Shown here: piece by piece, positions 46,554 to 57,096 of the stretch
Layout of the letters: each line of letters begins with the position of its first letter
How positions within the stretch are numbered: the first letter of the stretch is position 1
NCBI GenBank assembly: GCA_963667175.2
Contig: CAXXXF010000002.1
Span: forward strand, 96,001-160,000
Direction of reading: 5' to 3'
From: Candidatus Latescibacterota bacterium
GTDB lineage: Bacteria > Latescibacterota > UBA2968 > GCA-2709665
DNA: 64,000 bases
Program-made: the position numbers and the translations under genes
Notes under the pieces: generated by a model
Databases searched by the model: none
What the model saw: only the letters and a program-made list of their open reading frames with translations
Told to the model about the DNA's origin: nothing

Positions 46554-48281
46554 TCAGTTTTCTTCCAGGCGGGAGAGGGCCGCGGCGGCGTCCGCGTCCG
46601 ACGGGTCGATCGCCAGAACGCGCTTCAGCGCCCGCCGGGTCGCGTCGATCCGGCCGTCCCGCTGGTAGAGCGCGGCCAGCGACCTGTGCGCCGCGACGAG
46701 GTTTGCGTCCCGTCGAACCGCCTGCTCGAACGCGGCCGTCGCCTCCCGCCAGTGCCGCTGGCGTTCGTGCACCGCGCCGAGCGCGAGGAAGTAGCGCGGC
46801 GACGGGGATAGCCTCACGACCCGTTTCAGCGCCCTCTCGGCGGTTTCCAGGTCGCCGGTTTCCGCGGCCGCCACGGCCAGCCCGACGTGCGCGCCGATGA
46901 ACGCGCTGTCCCGCTCCACGGCCCGGCCGAACGCGTCCGCAGCTTCTCGCGCGCGTCCCCGGGCAGCGTAGATCCGCCCGAGGCGTTCGTGCAGTTCGGG
47001 GTCTTCAGGGCGCCGGAGAACCGCCCGTTCCAGCACGTCCAGCCTGTGCCCTTCTCTTGACAGCCGCTCGAATTCCTCCAGTTCCCGTCTTCCTTCTTCA
47101 GTCCGCCCCTGAAGCATACAGGCGCGTCCAAGGCCGTAACGGGCCCTGGCGTGATCCGGGTTGAGCGCGATTGCGCGGCGGAACGCCGCCTCGGCCTCGG
47201 CCGGGCGGCCGAGCTTGAGCAGCGCGTCGCCCAGGCCGAAGAGGGCGCTCGTGTGCGCCGGCGCGTACCGCACGGCCTCGCGGTACGCCTCGACCGCCCT
47301 TCGGTCCTCGCCAATCGCTGCAAATGCCGCGGCGAGGGTCGAACGCGCATCCGAGAAATCAGGCGTCAGACGGATTGCCCGCTGAAGCGCGGGAACGGCC
47401 TCCCGGGACCTTCCCAGAAGCAACAGCGCCCTGCCCAGCAGATAGGGCGCGTCCTGGTTCGAAGGGTCTGCCGTTTCAGCCCTCCGAAAGGCGTCGGCGG
47501 CGCGCGACGCGTTGCCCCTGGCGGCCTCAACGTCTCCAAGCCCCTGCCACGCGGTCGATGAGGCGGGATCGATGGCAACCGCGCGGCGATACGCTTCATG
47601 GGCTCTGTCCAGGCGGAGCAGGCGCTTGTAGTAGGCCGCCAGTTCCAGCCAGGCCGGCGCAAGTCCCGGTTCAAGGGATACCGACCGTCTCAGGGCAGCC
47701 TCCCCGATCTTGCCGTTGCCTCTCTTCAACGCGACCGCGCCCAGTCTGTACTGAAGCTCGGCGCTGTGGGGCGCCAGTTCCGCGGCGCGTTTGAACGCCT
47801 CGGCGGCCGCCGGAAGGTCCTTCCGGGCCACGGCGAGGAGTCCCAGGGCGCGGTGCGCGTCCGGAAGGTCGGGCGCCAGTTCCGCGGCGCGTCGGTACGC
47901 GTTTCCGGCCTCTGCAAGTGCTCCCATTTTCTGATACACCGCGCCCAGGACAACGTGGGTGTTCCGGTATTCAGGCTCCAGACGGGCCGCGCGTTTCAGC
48001 ATTTCGGCGGCGTCGCCCAGCCGGCCCATCTGGGCGTTCAGGATGCCGAAGTTGTGCCACACCTCCGCCGATTCAGGGGCCAGTTCGGCTGCCCTGGCCA
48101 TTTCACGTGAAGCTTCTCCCAGCCGGCCGGCGCCCGCGTGGACGAGACCCGCCTCGAGCGCCGCGCGCGCTTCGGGCGACATCCCGGTCGCGGCGCCTGA
48201 GCCGCCGTTCGCCAGCCAGGCTACGAAGAGGGCCGCCAGGAAGAAGGCGACCTTCCTCGCGCGCCTTCCATGCCGATCCAT
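46554..48281 (-). CDS. Secreted tetratricopeptide repeat protein
   Basis: Signal peptide followed by many consecutive 34-aa A...LG...A...Y..A..L.P repeats; start uncertain. Confidence 0.88.
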   Translation of the reverse strand: MDRHGRRARKVAFFLAALFVAWLANGGSGAATGMSPEARAALEAGLVHAGAGRLGEASREMARAAELAPESAEVWHNFGILNAQMGRLGDAAEMLKRAARLEPEYRNTHVVLGAVYQKMGALAEAGNAYRRAAELAPDLPDAHRALGLLAVARKDLPAAAEAFKRAAELAPHSAELQYRLGAVALKRGNGKIGEAALRRSVSLEPGLAPAWLELAAYYKRLLRLDRAHEAYRRAVAIDPASSTAWQGLGDVEAARGNASRAADAFRRAETADPSNQDAPYLLGRALLLLGRSREAVPALQRAIRLTPDFSDARSTLAAAFAAIGEDRRAVEAYREAVRYAPAHTSALFGLGDALLKLGRPAEAEAAFRRAIALNPDHARARYGLGRACMLQGRTEEGRRELEEFERLSREGHRLDVLERAVLRRPEDPELHERLGRIYAARGRAREAADAFGRAVERDSAFIGAHVGLAVAAAETGDLETAERALKRVVRLSPSPRYFLALGAVHERQRHWREATAAFEQAVRRDANLVAAHRSLAALYQRDGRIDATRRALKRVLAIDPSDADAAAALSRLEEN

Positions 48282-48577
48282 CGGGACCGTCCTCTTGAGG
48301 GGGTTCATTCCGTCGGGTAGACCCGCGTTCGCGGAGCAGAAGATACTTTCGCGCACGGGACGCGCGCAACCGAAAAAGACGGGAAGGACCGTACTTCGCG
48401 CAACGAATTTTTCTCTTGGATTCGTATTTAGGTGGAGTTATATTCCTTATTTGAAGGGATATAATTTCGCGCAGATTCGAATTTCGCCGGCCGGTCTGCT
48501 ATGGCCGATGCTTCCCTCGATTGCGCAGTCAGAACGATACTTTCATCGCCGCAGTGGGAAAAAGGAGGTTCGCTGTT

Positions 48578-49321
48578 ATGAGAGCAATTGGGAGATTCAG
48601 GACGTCGCTCAGCGCGGTCCTGGGCGTATCTCTGGTTTTCGGATTCGGCCTGACGCCCACGGCGAAGACAGAGGCGCAGGAGTTGCGCTACGCGCTCGGC
48701 GTCCACGGATCCATGTTGCGGCCGGCAGGTCCGCTCAAGGGCTGGTACAATATCTCGCCGGCTTTCATCGGTCAACTCACGTACCAGGTGTCAGATCGAA
48801 CGATGACGGAGGTCGAAGTCACGTACTCGCCGCTCTCAGACGCCGGTCTCTCCGACCGCCAGTTCACCTGGCACAACGGACTGGGGTCCGCGAGCGGTTC
48901 CCTGGTGAAGAGTCCCGGCGCCGAGGCGAATATGTGGATCGGCGGCATCGTGGTCAACGGTTTGCGTTCATTCAAGCCCGACCGGACGGGGCAGAGCGTT
49001 CCTTACGTCGCCGCCGGCATCGGGTTCCTGAGGTATACCCACGAAGTGTCGGGTCTGATCTGGCCGGGGCAGGTGGGCGAACAGATCCGGACGGACGCGC
49101 AGGGCATGGTGGAAACCACGGTGGACGAGGACGTGGCGCTCTCGATCAACACGGGGCTGGGCTTCTACCGCCGCACCTCCGACCAGTTCCTGGTGGACTT
49201 CAGGGTCCGCTGGAACGTATCGATGGGCGAATTGAGGCCCTACGAAGACTGGGACCTGAAGAAGACGTTTCCGATTTTCAGTTTCAACCTGATGGTCGGA
49301 ATCAAGTACTTCATGCGTTAG
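48578..49321 (+). CDS. Small outer-membrane beta-barrel protein
   Basis: AGGAGG RBS; signal peptide; PYVAAGIG strand; ends GIKYF. Confidence 0.75.
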   Translation: MRAIGRFRTSLSAVLGVSLVFGFGLTPTAKTEAQELRYALGVHGSMLRPAGPLKGWYNISPAFIGQLTYQVSDRTMTEVEVTYSPLSDAGLSDRQFTWHNGLGSASGSLVKSPGAEANMWIGGIVVNGLRSFKPDRTGQSVPYVAAGIGFLRYTHEVSGLIWPGQVGEQIRTDAQGMVETTVDEDVALSINTGLGFYRRTSDQFLVDFRVRWNVSMGELRPYEDWDLKKTFPIFSFNLMVGIKYFMR

Positions 49322-49486
49322 TGTTCTGTCTCGGAAATCAGTTGCCTGAATTCGGCGGCAGAGTCACCCGGCTCGCAAGGCGCCGGAGCGCAGGCGACCT
49401 GCGAAAGGTCGGCGTGCGGGGGGAACGCAGCGAGACGGGATGAATCTGCCGCCGAATGGTGAGGTATTTTCGGGACAGGACACTGG

Positions 49487-50152
49487 ATGTACACCCGGCC
49501 CTCAGCGGTTGTTCTGCTCGTCGTCCTTGCGGTGTGCTGGGGAGCGGAGTCGCGGCCGAAACGCGTGTTTCAGGTCCCCAACGCCAACGCGGCCCGATGC
49601 CGCACCTGCCACGTCGACCGTGGCCGGACGACCACCAGACTGGACATACCGCTCTCGGAATCGACGCATGAAGCCGCCAACGAAGGCGACGAGATCTGCG
49701 CCAGCTGCCACGCGCACACTGGAGGAGGCGGTCCGCTGAATGCCTTCGGCGTGACCGTCAGGAAGGGGTTCCTGTCCGAGGCGGGATATTCCGGAAACGT
49801 GGTGTGGGGGCCGGGCCTCGCGCAGCTGGACTCGGACCGGGACGGATTCACGAACGGAATGGAACTCGGGGATCCGGCCGGCGCATGGCGTCCCGGCGAC
49901 CCGGCGCCCGGCAGGCTGCTTTCGCTCAGCAACCCCGGCGTCTTCAGCAGCGTTCCGGTGATATCGCGGAGCCGGTCGGACTTCAACGCGGACGGCAAGG
50001 TCGACTTTGCGGACTTCTCCAGCTTTGCCGCGGCATTCGGCGCGAGCCGCGGTGACGTTGAATTCAATCCGATATTCGACCTGAACGAAAACGGCGCCGT
50101 GGATTTTCAGGACTTTATTGCATTTGCCGGAGACTTCGGAGCAACCGAATGA
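49487..50152 (+). CDS. Secreted protein with two CxxCH motifs, a temptin-like domain and a C-terminal dockerin-like EF-hand pair
   Basis: CRTCH; CASCH; GGGPLNAFG...W...LA.LDSD.DGFTNG.ELGDP.G.W; DFNADGKVDFADF. Confidence 0.7.
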   Translation: MYTRPSAVVLLVVLAVCWGAESRPKRVFQVPNANAARCRTCHVDRGRTTTRLDIPLSESTHEAANEGDEICASCHAHTGGGGPLNAFGVTVRKGFLSEAGYSGNVVWGPGLAQLDSDRDGFTNGMELGDPAGAWRPGDPAPGRLLSLSNPGVFSSVPVISRSRSDFNADGKVDFADFSSFAAAFGASRGDVEFNPIFDLNENGAVDFQDFIAFAGDFGATE

Positions 50153-50365
50153 ATCCGCCTCCGGACGCCTGAGCGAGATTGATTGAATCCGCGCTAACCG
50201 GTTTCACAACGGAGGACTGCCTATGGAGAGGATCACGGCACGGGGGTACTTCGAAGGTTATATCGCACACTGAGTTTTCCATCCACATTTCCGATCCGTC
50301 AGCGCAGGTGAACGGGCGTTGACCGGCGGGACGGTCGAAAGATTCTTCAGCCAAGGAGTTGGCGT

Positions 50366-53300
50366 ATGAAGCGTGGATTTACGGTTTTGGGCACAATTGT
50401 GGCGTTATGCCTGCTGGTCGGGCCGGCGCGGTCCCAGACCTTCTACGGCAAGATCGCCGGACAGGTGACCGATGCCGACGGCGGCGCCCTGCCGGGAGCC
50501 AACGTGGTGGTCGACGGGACGCGTTTTGGAGCGACGTCCGACAGCGACGGGTATTACGCCATCATCGGTGTCGAGCCCGGGTTCTATACCCTGAAGGCAT
50601 CGATGGTCGGTTACGAGGCAGTGGTGCGGGAGCGTGTCAAGGTGGCCGCCGGCTTGACGTCCGTGTCCGATTTCACGCTCCGGGAATCGGCGCTGGAAGC
50701 CGCGGAGATTGTGGTCAGGGCGGAGCGGCCCCTCGTGGAGGTGGACCGGACCTCCAGCGAGACGAAGATCTCCTCGCAGGAGATCGAACAGGTACCCATC
50801 ATCAGGGGCGTCAAAGAACACCTGCAGTACGCCGTGGGCACGAACGTGAACGACAGTCCAGGCAACGGCGTCCGCATCCGGCATATGAGCTATTATTCGA
50901 TGCGCGCCGCGCAGACCTGGACGTTCGACGGCATCGAGTTGATGAACCTCGACACGTCGCAGCAGACGGGTGTCCGGCAGTATACGAACCTGCCGGTAAC
51001 GGCCGTCGGTGAAATGGGGCTGGTCAGGGGCGGCGCGGACGCCTCGCAGGCCTCGTCGCCGGCGGGCGTGGTGAACATCATCAGCAGGGAGGGTACCCGG
51101 ATCTACCGCGGCGGCCTCGACCTCCGGGTGGAATTGCCCGGCAAACGGCACCGCGGTCCGAACGTGTACGACGCGACGCCGGGGCAGCGGGGCGGGGCGA
51201 ACGGGTACTGGCGCGACAGGCTGCAGTGGAACAACTCGGAATGGGTGAACGAGAAAGATCCGGACACCGGACAGTTGATCCACGTCAAGCAGGACTACGA
51301 GAGTTCCGTCGGACACCTCGTGGAAGGCTGGGTCACCGGCCCGCTGGGCGATAACGCCACCTTCGTGGTGAGCGGGAAGACCAGCCGCGCCAAAATCAAC
51401 CTGCCCGCGCCCACGCTGACGGGGCTGCGCCAGCACAGCATCTTCGGGAAAATCAGCTTTACCCCGTCGCCCAACCTCAAGGTCAAGGTGGGCTTCAACC
51501 AGTCCAACGAACCCACCTTCTTCGGGGACGCCAACCGGTCGGTCGGGGGAAACCTCTTCCTTCTCAACGGAACGACGGGGTACCAGCAGAACCGGGTCAA
51601 CCGGATCTTCTACGTGACGGGCACGCAAAGCATCAACCCCCGGATGTTCCACGAATTCCAGGTGGGTTACTACGGTACGAAGACCGATCCCGGGGAAGAC
51701 GTGCCTGCCACAACGACGTCCTGGCGCAGGGACAAGCTGGGTCAGTTCAATATAGACCGGGACCGCCGGCGCATCGTAGTAGAAGACAATCAAAGGTACA
51801 ACTTCCGCTACGATTTCACCGGGCAGCTGACCAGGCGGAACCTGTTCAAGGCCGGGTTCGTTTTTCAGAATATGAACAACCTCAACTGGGACTACAACCG
51901 GTCCAGCGCAACCAACGCCACGATAAAGATCATGGCGGGGAACAGCGAGCCGGGCAAGCGGTATACGGTAAACCGGCTGGCGGCGTACGTGGACGAGAAG
52001 CTGGAGTTCCAGGGACTGGTGCTGCACGCCGGCCTGCGTTTCGACAGTTTCTGGGGCGGGCCCGAGCGGACGTTGTCCGGTTTTATGAAGACATTGCCGG
52101 GCTGGAGGACCTACAAGGCATGGCGCACGGGGCGGGTGCCGCTGGCGAAGACCCGGCCGATGACGAGCCTCTCGCCGCGTATCGGCCTGTCCCACCCGAT
52201 CACGGACCGGTCCACCGTGCGGTACTCCTATGGCGTGTACTACAAGCCCCCGCAGTTCTCGCTGCTGTGGCTGGAGCCCTGGACCACGTCCGACGCGGAG
52301 AACCACCCCGAACTGGATGACGTCTGGTACGATCTGAACTGGATCGGGGGCGGGCAGTGGCGCCTGGACGGCGGATACCAGAATCCGGGCGGGCTGCCGA
52401 ATACCGCCGAGTTCGAGGTGACCGGGGAGTGGAACTTCGTCAGCGACTTCGTGATGGAGCTTTCCACCTACTACCGCCGGACCGAGCGTGTGGGTTCCGG
52501 GGGCGTACACTATTTCCGGGACCCGGTGCAGACCCTTACCTACGTCGGCCACAGGGGTCCCAACGCCCGCCTCGAGACCAAGGGAATCGAGATGGGCTTC
52601 ACCAAGGCCTTTTCTCACAATTTCTCCTTCAGGGTAGGGCTCGACGTGAGTTGGGCGCTGTTCAACTGGTCGGGCGGCTCCCAGCTTGTCATCAATACGT
52701 ACCCGGACTCCAATTACATTGCCAGTTCGAAGTACTTTATGGTTGATGCAAACGACGAAATCGTGCGGCTGACCGACGAAGAAATCCGGTCGATCGGCCA
52801 CAGGGCGAATGAGGTGATCCGGAAAAAGCATGCAGACGGGACCACGTTCGTCGGGGCGTGGGGAACAAACCGAATCGATGCGATACGCCCCTGGCATGAA
52901 TATCCCGGCCTGAGCGAATCGGAGAAGCAGGAGATGCAGAACCTCTGGTTCGAGGACGTCTGGCGCCAGGTCGACGCCTTCCGCGGGCAGCCCCCGACCA
53001 CGAACGCTTCCTTCCAGTTCCTGTGGTCCACGCCGATGGACTGGGGCCCCGGAGAACCCATTGGCGGCGCAAAGATCCTGGGCGGCATCCAGGCCAACGT
53101 CGTCTGGCGGCTGGACAACGGGCGGCAGTTCCAGATCACCCTGCCGGGCACGAGTGTGCAGACCGCCCGCAACCGGCCCGTTTTCGTGCGGACGGACCTC
53201 AACTTCCAGAAGTCGTTCCGAATCGGGGCAACCACTCCCACGATCTACGCCGAGGTGTTTAACCTGTTCAACACGTTTTACGACGCATCCTCCGGCTCCA

Positions 53301-53428
53301 ATTACGTGCGCTGGGGCCTGAAGAAGCCCACACCAAACGACACGAATTACCTGAAATACGGCGACTCCAACTTCAGGCGCGGCGGAACGCCGAGGTACGT
53401 GAATATGGGCGTGCGGATCGGTTTCTAG
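50366..53428 (+). CDS. TonB-dependent receptor with an N-terminal carboxypeptidase-regulatory-like domain
   Basis: GKIAG.VTD...LPGANV; plug motif GVVNI..REG; AGLRFD; SPRIG.SHPIT; C-terminal Phe. Confidence 0.88.
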   Translation: MKRGFTVLGTIVALCLLVGPARSQTFYGKIAGQVTDADGGALPGANVVVDGTRFGATSDSDGYYAIIGVEPGFYTLKASMVGYEAVVRERVKVAAGLTSVSDFTLRESALEAAEIVVRAERPLVEVDRTSSETKISSQEIEQVPIIRGVKEHLQYAVGTNVNDSPGNGVRIRHMSYYSMRAAQTWTFDGIELMNLDTSQQTGVRQYTNLPVTAVGEMGLVRGGADASQASSPAGVVNIISREGTRIYRGGLDLRVELPGKRHRGPNVYDATPGQRGGANGYWRDRLQWNNSEWVNEKDPDTGQLIHVKQDYESSVGHLVEGWVTGPLGDNATFVVSGKTSRAKINLPAPTLTGLRQHSIFGKISFTPSPNLKVKVGFNQSNEPTFFGDANRSVGGNLFLLNGTTGYQQNRVNRIFYVTGTQSINPRMFHEFQVGYYGTKTDPGEDVPATTTSWRRDKLGQFNIDRDRRRIVVEDNQRYNFRYDFTGQLTRRNLFKAGFVFQNMNNLNWDYNRSSATNATIKIMAGNSEPGKRYTVNRLAAYVDEKLEFQGLVLHAGLRFDSFWGGPERTLSGFMKTLPGWRTYKAWRTGRVPLAKTRPMTSLSPRIGLSHPITDRSTVRYSYGVYYKPPQFSLLWLEPWTTSDAENHPELDDVWYDLNWIGGGQWRLDGGYQNPGGLPNTAEFEVTGEWNFVSDFVMELSTYYRRTERVGSGGVHYFRDPVQTLTYVGHRGPNARLETKGIEMGFTKAFSHNFSFRVGLDVSWALFNWSGGSQLVINTYPDSNYIASSKYFMVDANDEIVRLTDEEIRSIGHRANEVIRKKHADGTTFVGAWGTNRIDAIRPWHEYPGLSESEKQEMQNLWFEDVWRQVDAFRGQPPTTNASFQFLWSTPMDWGPGEPIGGAKILGGIQANVVWRLDNGRQFQITLPGTSVQTARNRPVFVRTDLNFQKSFRIGATTPTIYAEVFNLFNTFYDASSGSNYVRWGLKKPTPNDTNYLKYGDSNFRRGGTPRYVNMGVRIGF

Positions 53429-53440
53429 GTATGTATCTGA

Positions 53441-53467
53441 CGCCGGGGCGGCGCGGCTGCCCCGGCG
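53441..53467 (+). other. Intergenic GC-rich hairpin
   Basis: CGCCGGGGCGGC-GCG-GCTGCCCCGGCG with no U tract. Confidence 0.45.
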
Positions 53468-53489
53468 CAATCAGGCGGGGAGACAATCC

Positions 53490-56018
53490 ATGAGACGCAT
53501 ATACATCATTACAGGCGCACTCCTGATCGCAGGCGCGTTCTGGCGTCCGGCCGAGGCCCAGCGGGCGACCATCTCCAATCTGGCCGGTGAATCCCTGACG
53601 CCCCGGCACCTCGCGCGCGGCACCCTCTGGCACAGCTTTCTCAGCACGGGCGCCGAGGGGGCTCGGCCGGTGGAAGGGAACTATGCCGGCCTCTATCTGG
53701 ACCTGGCCTATCCGGGGTTCGCGCTGATCAGCTGGGGGGGCGGCGGAACGAACGATTTTTCCGCCTACTACGGGGAACAGCGCAGCGCCGGGAGCATGCA
53801 CGTGGATCTGACGTCGCACAACGGCCGCGGCCACGGATGGTGGATCGCCACCAAAGTGAACGGCGAGGCCGCGGTGAGCTGGGCCAACCCCCTCATATCG
53901 GCGATGGAAGAAAGCGAAGACGTCGTGGCGATGGCGGTGGATCCCAGCGTGGACTTCAGGGGCAAGTACGCGGGGCTGGGCAGCGACGTGGTCAGCCCCA
54001 ACTCGGGGCGATCGATGGCCAACTGGTGGCCCGGCACCGGGGTGGAGCTGGATGCGCTGGAACCCAGGGAAATCCTGAATTACCGCATCGGCCAGTACAA
54101 CGACGTTTCCACCGACAATTTTCCTGAAGACATCGTTCTGAGCAAGTGGACCACCGGGCTGGGCATTACGGGTGAGAAGGCGGCCTTTGCATGGAACCAC
54201 CCGGAATACGACGATTTCGTGATCACCGAGTGGGTGTTCGAGAACACCGGCGATACCGACGGCGATCGCGCGTCCGACCTCGCCGGCGGCGGGCACAATC
54301 TCAAGAACGTCTATTTTTCCTTCCATCACCGGTTCCTGCCGTCATCCGCGGGCGTCTCCCGGGTCAGTTACAGGGCGTACTATTCCGACTACGGCACGGG
54401 AGACGGGTGCAGCAGCAATTTCGGACCCCTGGACAATTCCCAGGACGACAAGATCAAGTATACGGAGTCTCCGAACTACGATGGCCCGGAATCCGCCCGC
54501 GGCCTGCGGCTGACCTACCAGTACGACTGGGACAACTTCTGCCTTACCGGTCCGCTGTCCGACGACGTTGGAGACCCGTATCGCTCCGAACACAGGTGCG
54601 CGCAATGCACCTTCCCCAGCCTGACCGGCGTCGGGGACATCACGTCGCCGGCATGGATCGGCAAGGCCCCTATAGACGTGGACCCCACGGACGGATTCGT
54701 GGGCGATCCGGATGTCTACGAGGCGCCGAAGGTGCCGGATCAACCATTCGCGTACAACTTCTTTCATTTTCTGTACCGGTATCCGTCCAGTGCGTCGGCT
54801 GCGATCGGGTTCCTGACGGACGAGCCGAACCCGAACGAGATGAACGACGAAACGCTCTACCAGATGCTGGTCAGCACGCCGGACCCCTCCTACTTCAACG
54901 AGCCGCTGCTGGAACGTCCCAGCAGGGGCTCGGGAAATCCCAATCTGGGCGTGCCGCTGCTCCCGGTTCCGGACGTCCCGGTCGGCCCCATGCCGTATAT
55001 GCCGATCCCCTCGTGGGAGTGGGAAGGGAGGCACGGCATCGCCGCGGGCTACACCCCGCTGGAAACCTACGGCCCCTATGACCTGGCGCCCGGCCAGAAG
55101 GTGAAATTCGTGTTTGCCTACGTGGCGGCCGCGCCGGTTACGGAGAACTTCCGGGCCTATCAGAAGTCGGGAGACACCAGCGAACTCAAGAAGGAAGAGA
55201 ACGGCGCCGCGTTCGCCAACCTCCTCAACCACCTCAATAAGGCCAAGGAGGCCTACGCGTTGGGTTACGACCTGCCCAACCAGCCTCCGGACGTGGACGC
55301 GATGGTGTCCTCTTCCGAGAACGCCCGTAACCTGATCACATGGAAAGGCGATCCGGAAAAGTCGAACAATCCGGATACCGGGCAGCCCGACGTGGCGGGC
55401 TACCGGGTGTACCAGTCCGAGACCCAGCCCGGTCTCTGGAAGATGATCCAGGACGTCCCGGCAACCGGCGCCGCGGAGTACTCGTACGAAGACACGGAGT
55501 CGCTCGCGGGATTCCAGTACTACTACGCCGTACGCTCCTACCAGGGGAGCGCCAACACCGGATTCGCCAGCCGGGTAACGGGCGCCACGGTGGAGGGCGG
55601 CGTCCGGGCGTACGAGTCGGGACTCGGAGACGTTTCCACCTACTATCTGCCTCCAACCGGGCAATCGCCCGACAGTCCGGTGCAGGTGCCCACCGCAAGC
55701 GCGGACCGGCTGGAAAAGGATATCCTCATCGTGCCGAACCCCTACATCCCCGAATCGCCGCACACCTACGAGGGTTCTACCAAGATCCGGATCCTGAACG
55801 TACCCAGGAAGGCCAAGATCCGGATCTTCTCCGTAGCCGGCGACCTGGTGGGCGAGGTGGACCACGATTCGCAGACCGAGGGTGAAGCCGCCTTCTTCCA
55901 GTTCAACAGAACGCACATCACACAGTTGACCTTCGGCGTCTATTTCGTCACCGTCGAGTCCCTGGTGGCGGAATCCCAGGGACAGGTGAAGGGCGCCAAG
56001 CTGGTCATCATTCGCTAA
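53490..56018 (+). CDS. Large secreted protein with an FN3-like domain and a T9SS-type C-terminal sorting domain
   Basis: Signal peptide; GYRVY.S...YYYAV..Y; CTD-like I.IVPNPY...IRIFSVAGDLV...GVYFV.V. Confidence 0.75.
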   Translation: MRRIYIITGALLIAGAFWRPAEAQRATISNLAGESLTPRHLARGTLWHSFLSTGAEGARPVEGNYAGLYLDLAYPGFALISWGGGGTNDFSAYYGEQRSAGSMHVDLTSHNGRGHGWWIATKVNGEAAVSWANPLISAMEESEDVVAMAVDPSVDFRGKYAGLGSDVVSPNSGRSMANWWPGTGVELDALEPREILNYRIGQYNDVSTDNFPEDIVLSKWTTGLGITGEKAAFAWNHPEYDDFVITEWVFENTGDTDGDRASDLAGGGHNLKNVYFSFHHRFLPSSAGVSRVSYRAYYSDYGTGDGCSSNFGPLDNSQDDKIKYTESPNYDGPESARGLRLTYQYDWDNFCLTGPLSDDVGDPYRSEHRCAQCTFPSLTGVGDITSPAWIGKAPIDVDPTDGFVGDPDVYEAPKVPDQPFAYNFFHFLYRYPSSASAAIGFLTDEPNPNEMNDETLYQMLVSTPDPSYFNEPLLERPSRGSGNPNLGVPLLPVPDVPVGPMPYMPIPSWEWEGRHGIAAGYTPLETYGPYDLAPGQKVKFVFAYVAAAPVTENFRAYQKSGDTSELKKEENGAAFANLLNHLNKAKEAYALGYDLPNQPPDVDAMVSSSENARNLITWKGDPEKSNNPDTGQPDVAGYRVYQSETQPGLWKMIQDVPATGAAEYSYEDTESLAGFQYYYAVRSYQGSANTGFASRVTGATVEGGVRAYESGLGDVSTYYLPPTGQSPDSPVQVPTASADRLEKDILIVPNPYIPESPHTYEGSTKIRILNVPRKAKIRIFSVAGDLVGEVDHDSQTEGEAAFFQFNRTHITQLTFGVYFVTVESLVAESQGQVKGAKLVIIR

Positions 56019-56028
56019 GGAGGTCGCC

Positions 56029-57003
56029 ATGAGGCGCATTTATCGGATCGGCTCTGCGGCGCTTGTCGGCGTCCTCGTTCTGGGCGCCCCGGCGTTGGCC
56101 GAAATCTCCAACCAGACGCCGGTGGGCGAAACCTACGCAGCTTTCCTGGAAATTTCCCAGAGCGCGCGCGCCGCAGGGATGGGAGACGCGTACGTGGCCG
56201 TTGCGGACGACATCAATTCCGTATTCTGGAATCCCGCCGGACTTACGGCCATGACGCGCAACCGGCTGCAGTTCGCGTTCACGAACACCAGGTGGCTCCT
56301 TGAGTCCCAGTTGAACTCCGCGGCGGTCGGCGTCAATACAGACTACGGCGCCCTCGCTCTGAGTCTGGTGGCGTTCAACACCGGCGATATCGAGGAAACC
56401 ACCATTTTCAACCCGGAGGGGACGGGCCGGATCCTGGACACAGGAAGCTGGGCGGTGGGCGGGGTCTACGCCAAGCAGTTTACGGAGCGCTTCTCCGTGG
56501 GATTCCAGGCGCGGGTCATCGAGGAAAAACTGGACACGGGTTACGACTACCGCGTCTTCGATCTGGCGGTCGGCACGTTCTACCATACGGGATTCCGGAG
56601 CCTTCGTATCGGGATGTCGTTGCGCAACTTCGGGAAGGACCTCGTACTCCTGACCGATGAAGCCATCAAGGGCAAGATGCCCGTCTTCTTCAGCATGGCG
56701 ACCGCGGCGGAGGTCTACGGGGAGCGGGGAGAAGACGTCTCGCTGACCGGTGCGATCGAGGCGCTCTACAGCGTGAGCGTCGAGCGGCGGATGCACGTGG
56801 GCGCCGAACTCTGGCTGCGGAACATGGTCGCGCTTCGGGCCGGTTACAAGCTGGGCTACGACGTGCAGGACGTTACCGCCGGGGCGGGCGTCCGGCTGCA
56901 GCGCGGCATCCATCACGTGCAGGCGGATTTCGCCTACGTGAAGTTCGACAAGTTCCCCGACAACGGCGCGACCCTGCGGTTCTCGGTGACCGGATCGTTC
57001 TGA
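56029..57003 (+). CDS. PorV/PorQ (UPF0164) family outer-membrane barrel
   Basis: FLEI..SARA.GMG.AYVA.ADD..SVFWNPAGL; LRAGY; ends in Phe. Confidence 0.88.
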   Translation: MRRIYRIGSAALVGVLVLGAPALAEISNQTPVGETYAAFLEISQSARAAGMGDAYVAVADDINSVFWNPAGLTAMTRNRLQFAFTNTRWLLESQLNSAAVGVNTDYGALALSLVAFNTGDIEETTIFNPEGTGRILDTGSWAVGGVYAKQFTERFSVGFQARVIEEKLDTGYDYRVFDLAVGTFYHTGFRSLRIGMSLRNFGKDLVLLTDEAIKGKMPVFFSMATAAEVYGERGEDVSLTGAIEALYSVSVERRMHVGAELWLRNMVALRAGYKLGYDVQDVTAGAGVRLQRGIHHVQADFAYVKFDKFPDNGATLRFSVTGSF

Positions 57004-57096
57004 TCGCGAACAAACGCAATTCGAGTAAACCCGCTAGGCGGCTTTGGTTAACGCGACAGGGCCGCCTATTTGTTTACCAGGGAGAGACGTCGGTAT

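Noticed and set aside
50153-50365. Riboswitch upstream of the TonB-dependent receptor
   Set aside because: I could not recognise any cobalamin, TPP or other aptamer consensus; an Rfam/Infernal scan would be needed.
50405-53470. 1021-aa antisense ORF, and similar long shadow ORFs at 36591-38585, 54342-56039 and 60780-62333
   Set aside because: They mirror well-supported genes, have no recognisable motifs, and are expected from high-GC codon bias.
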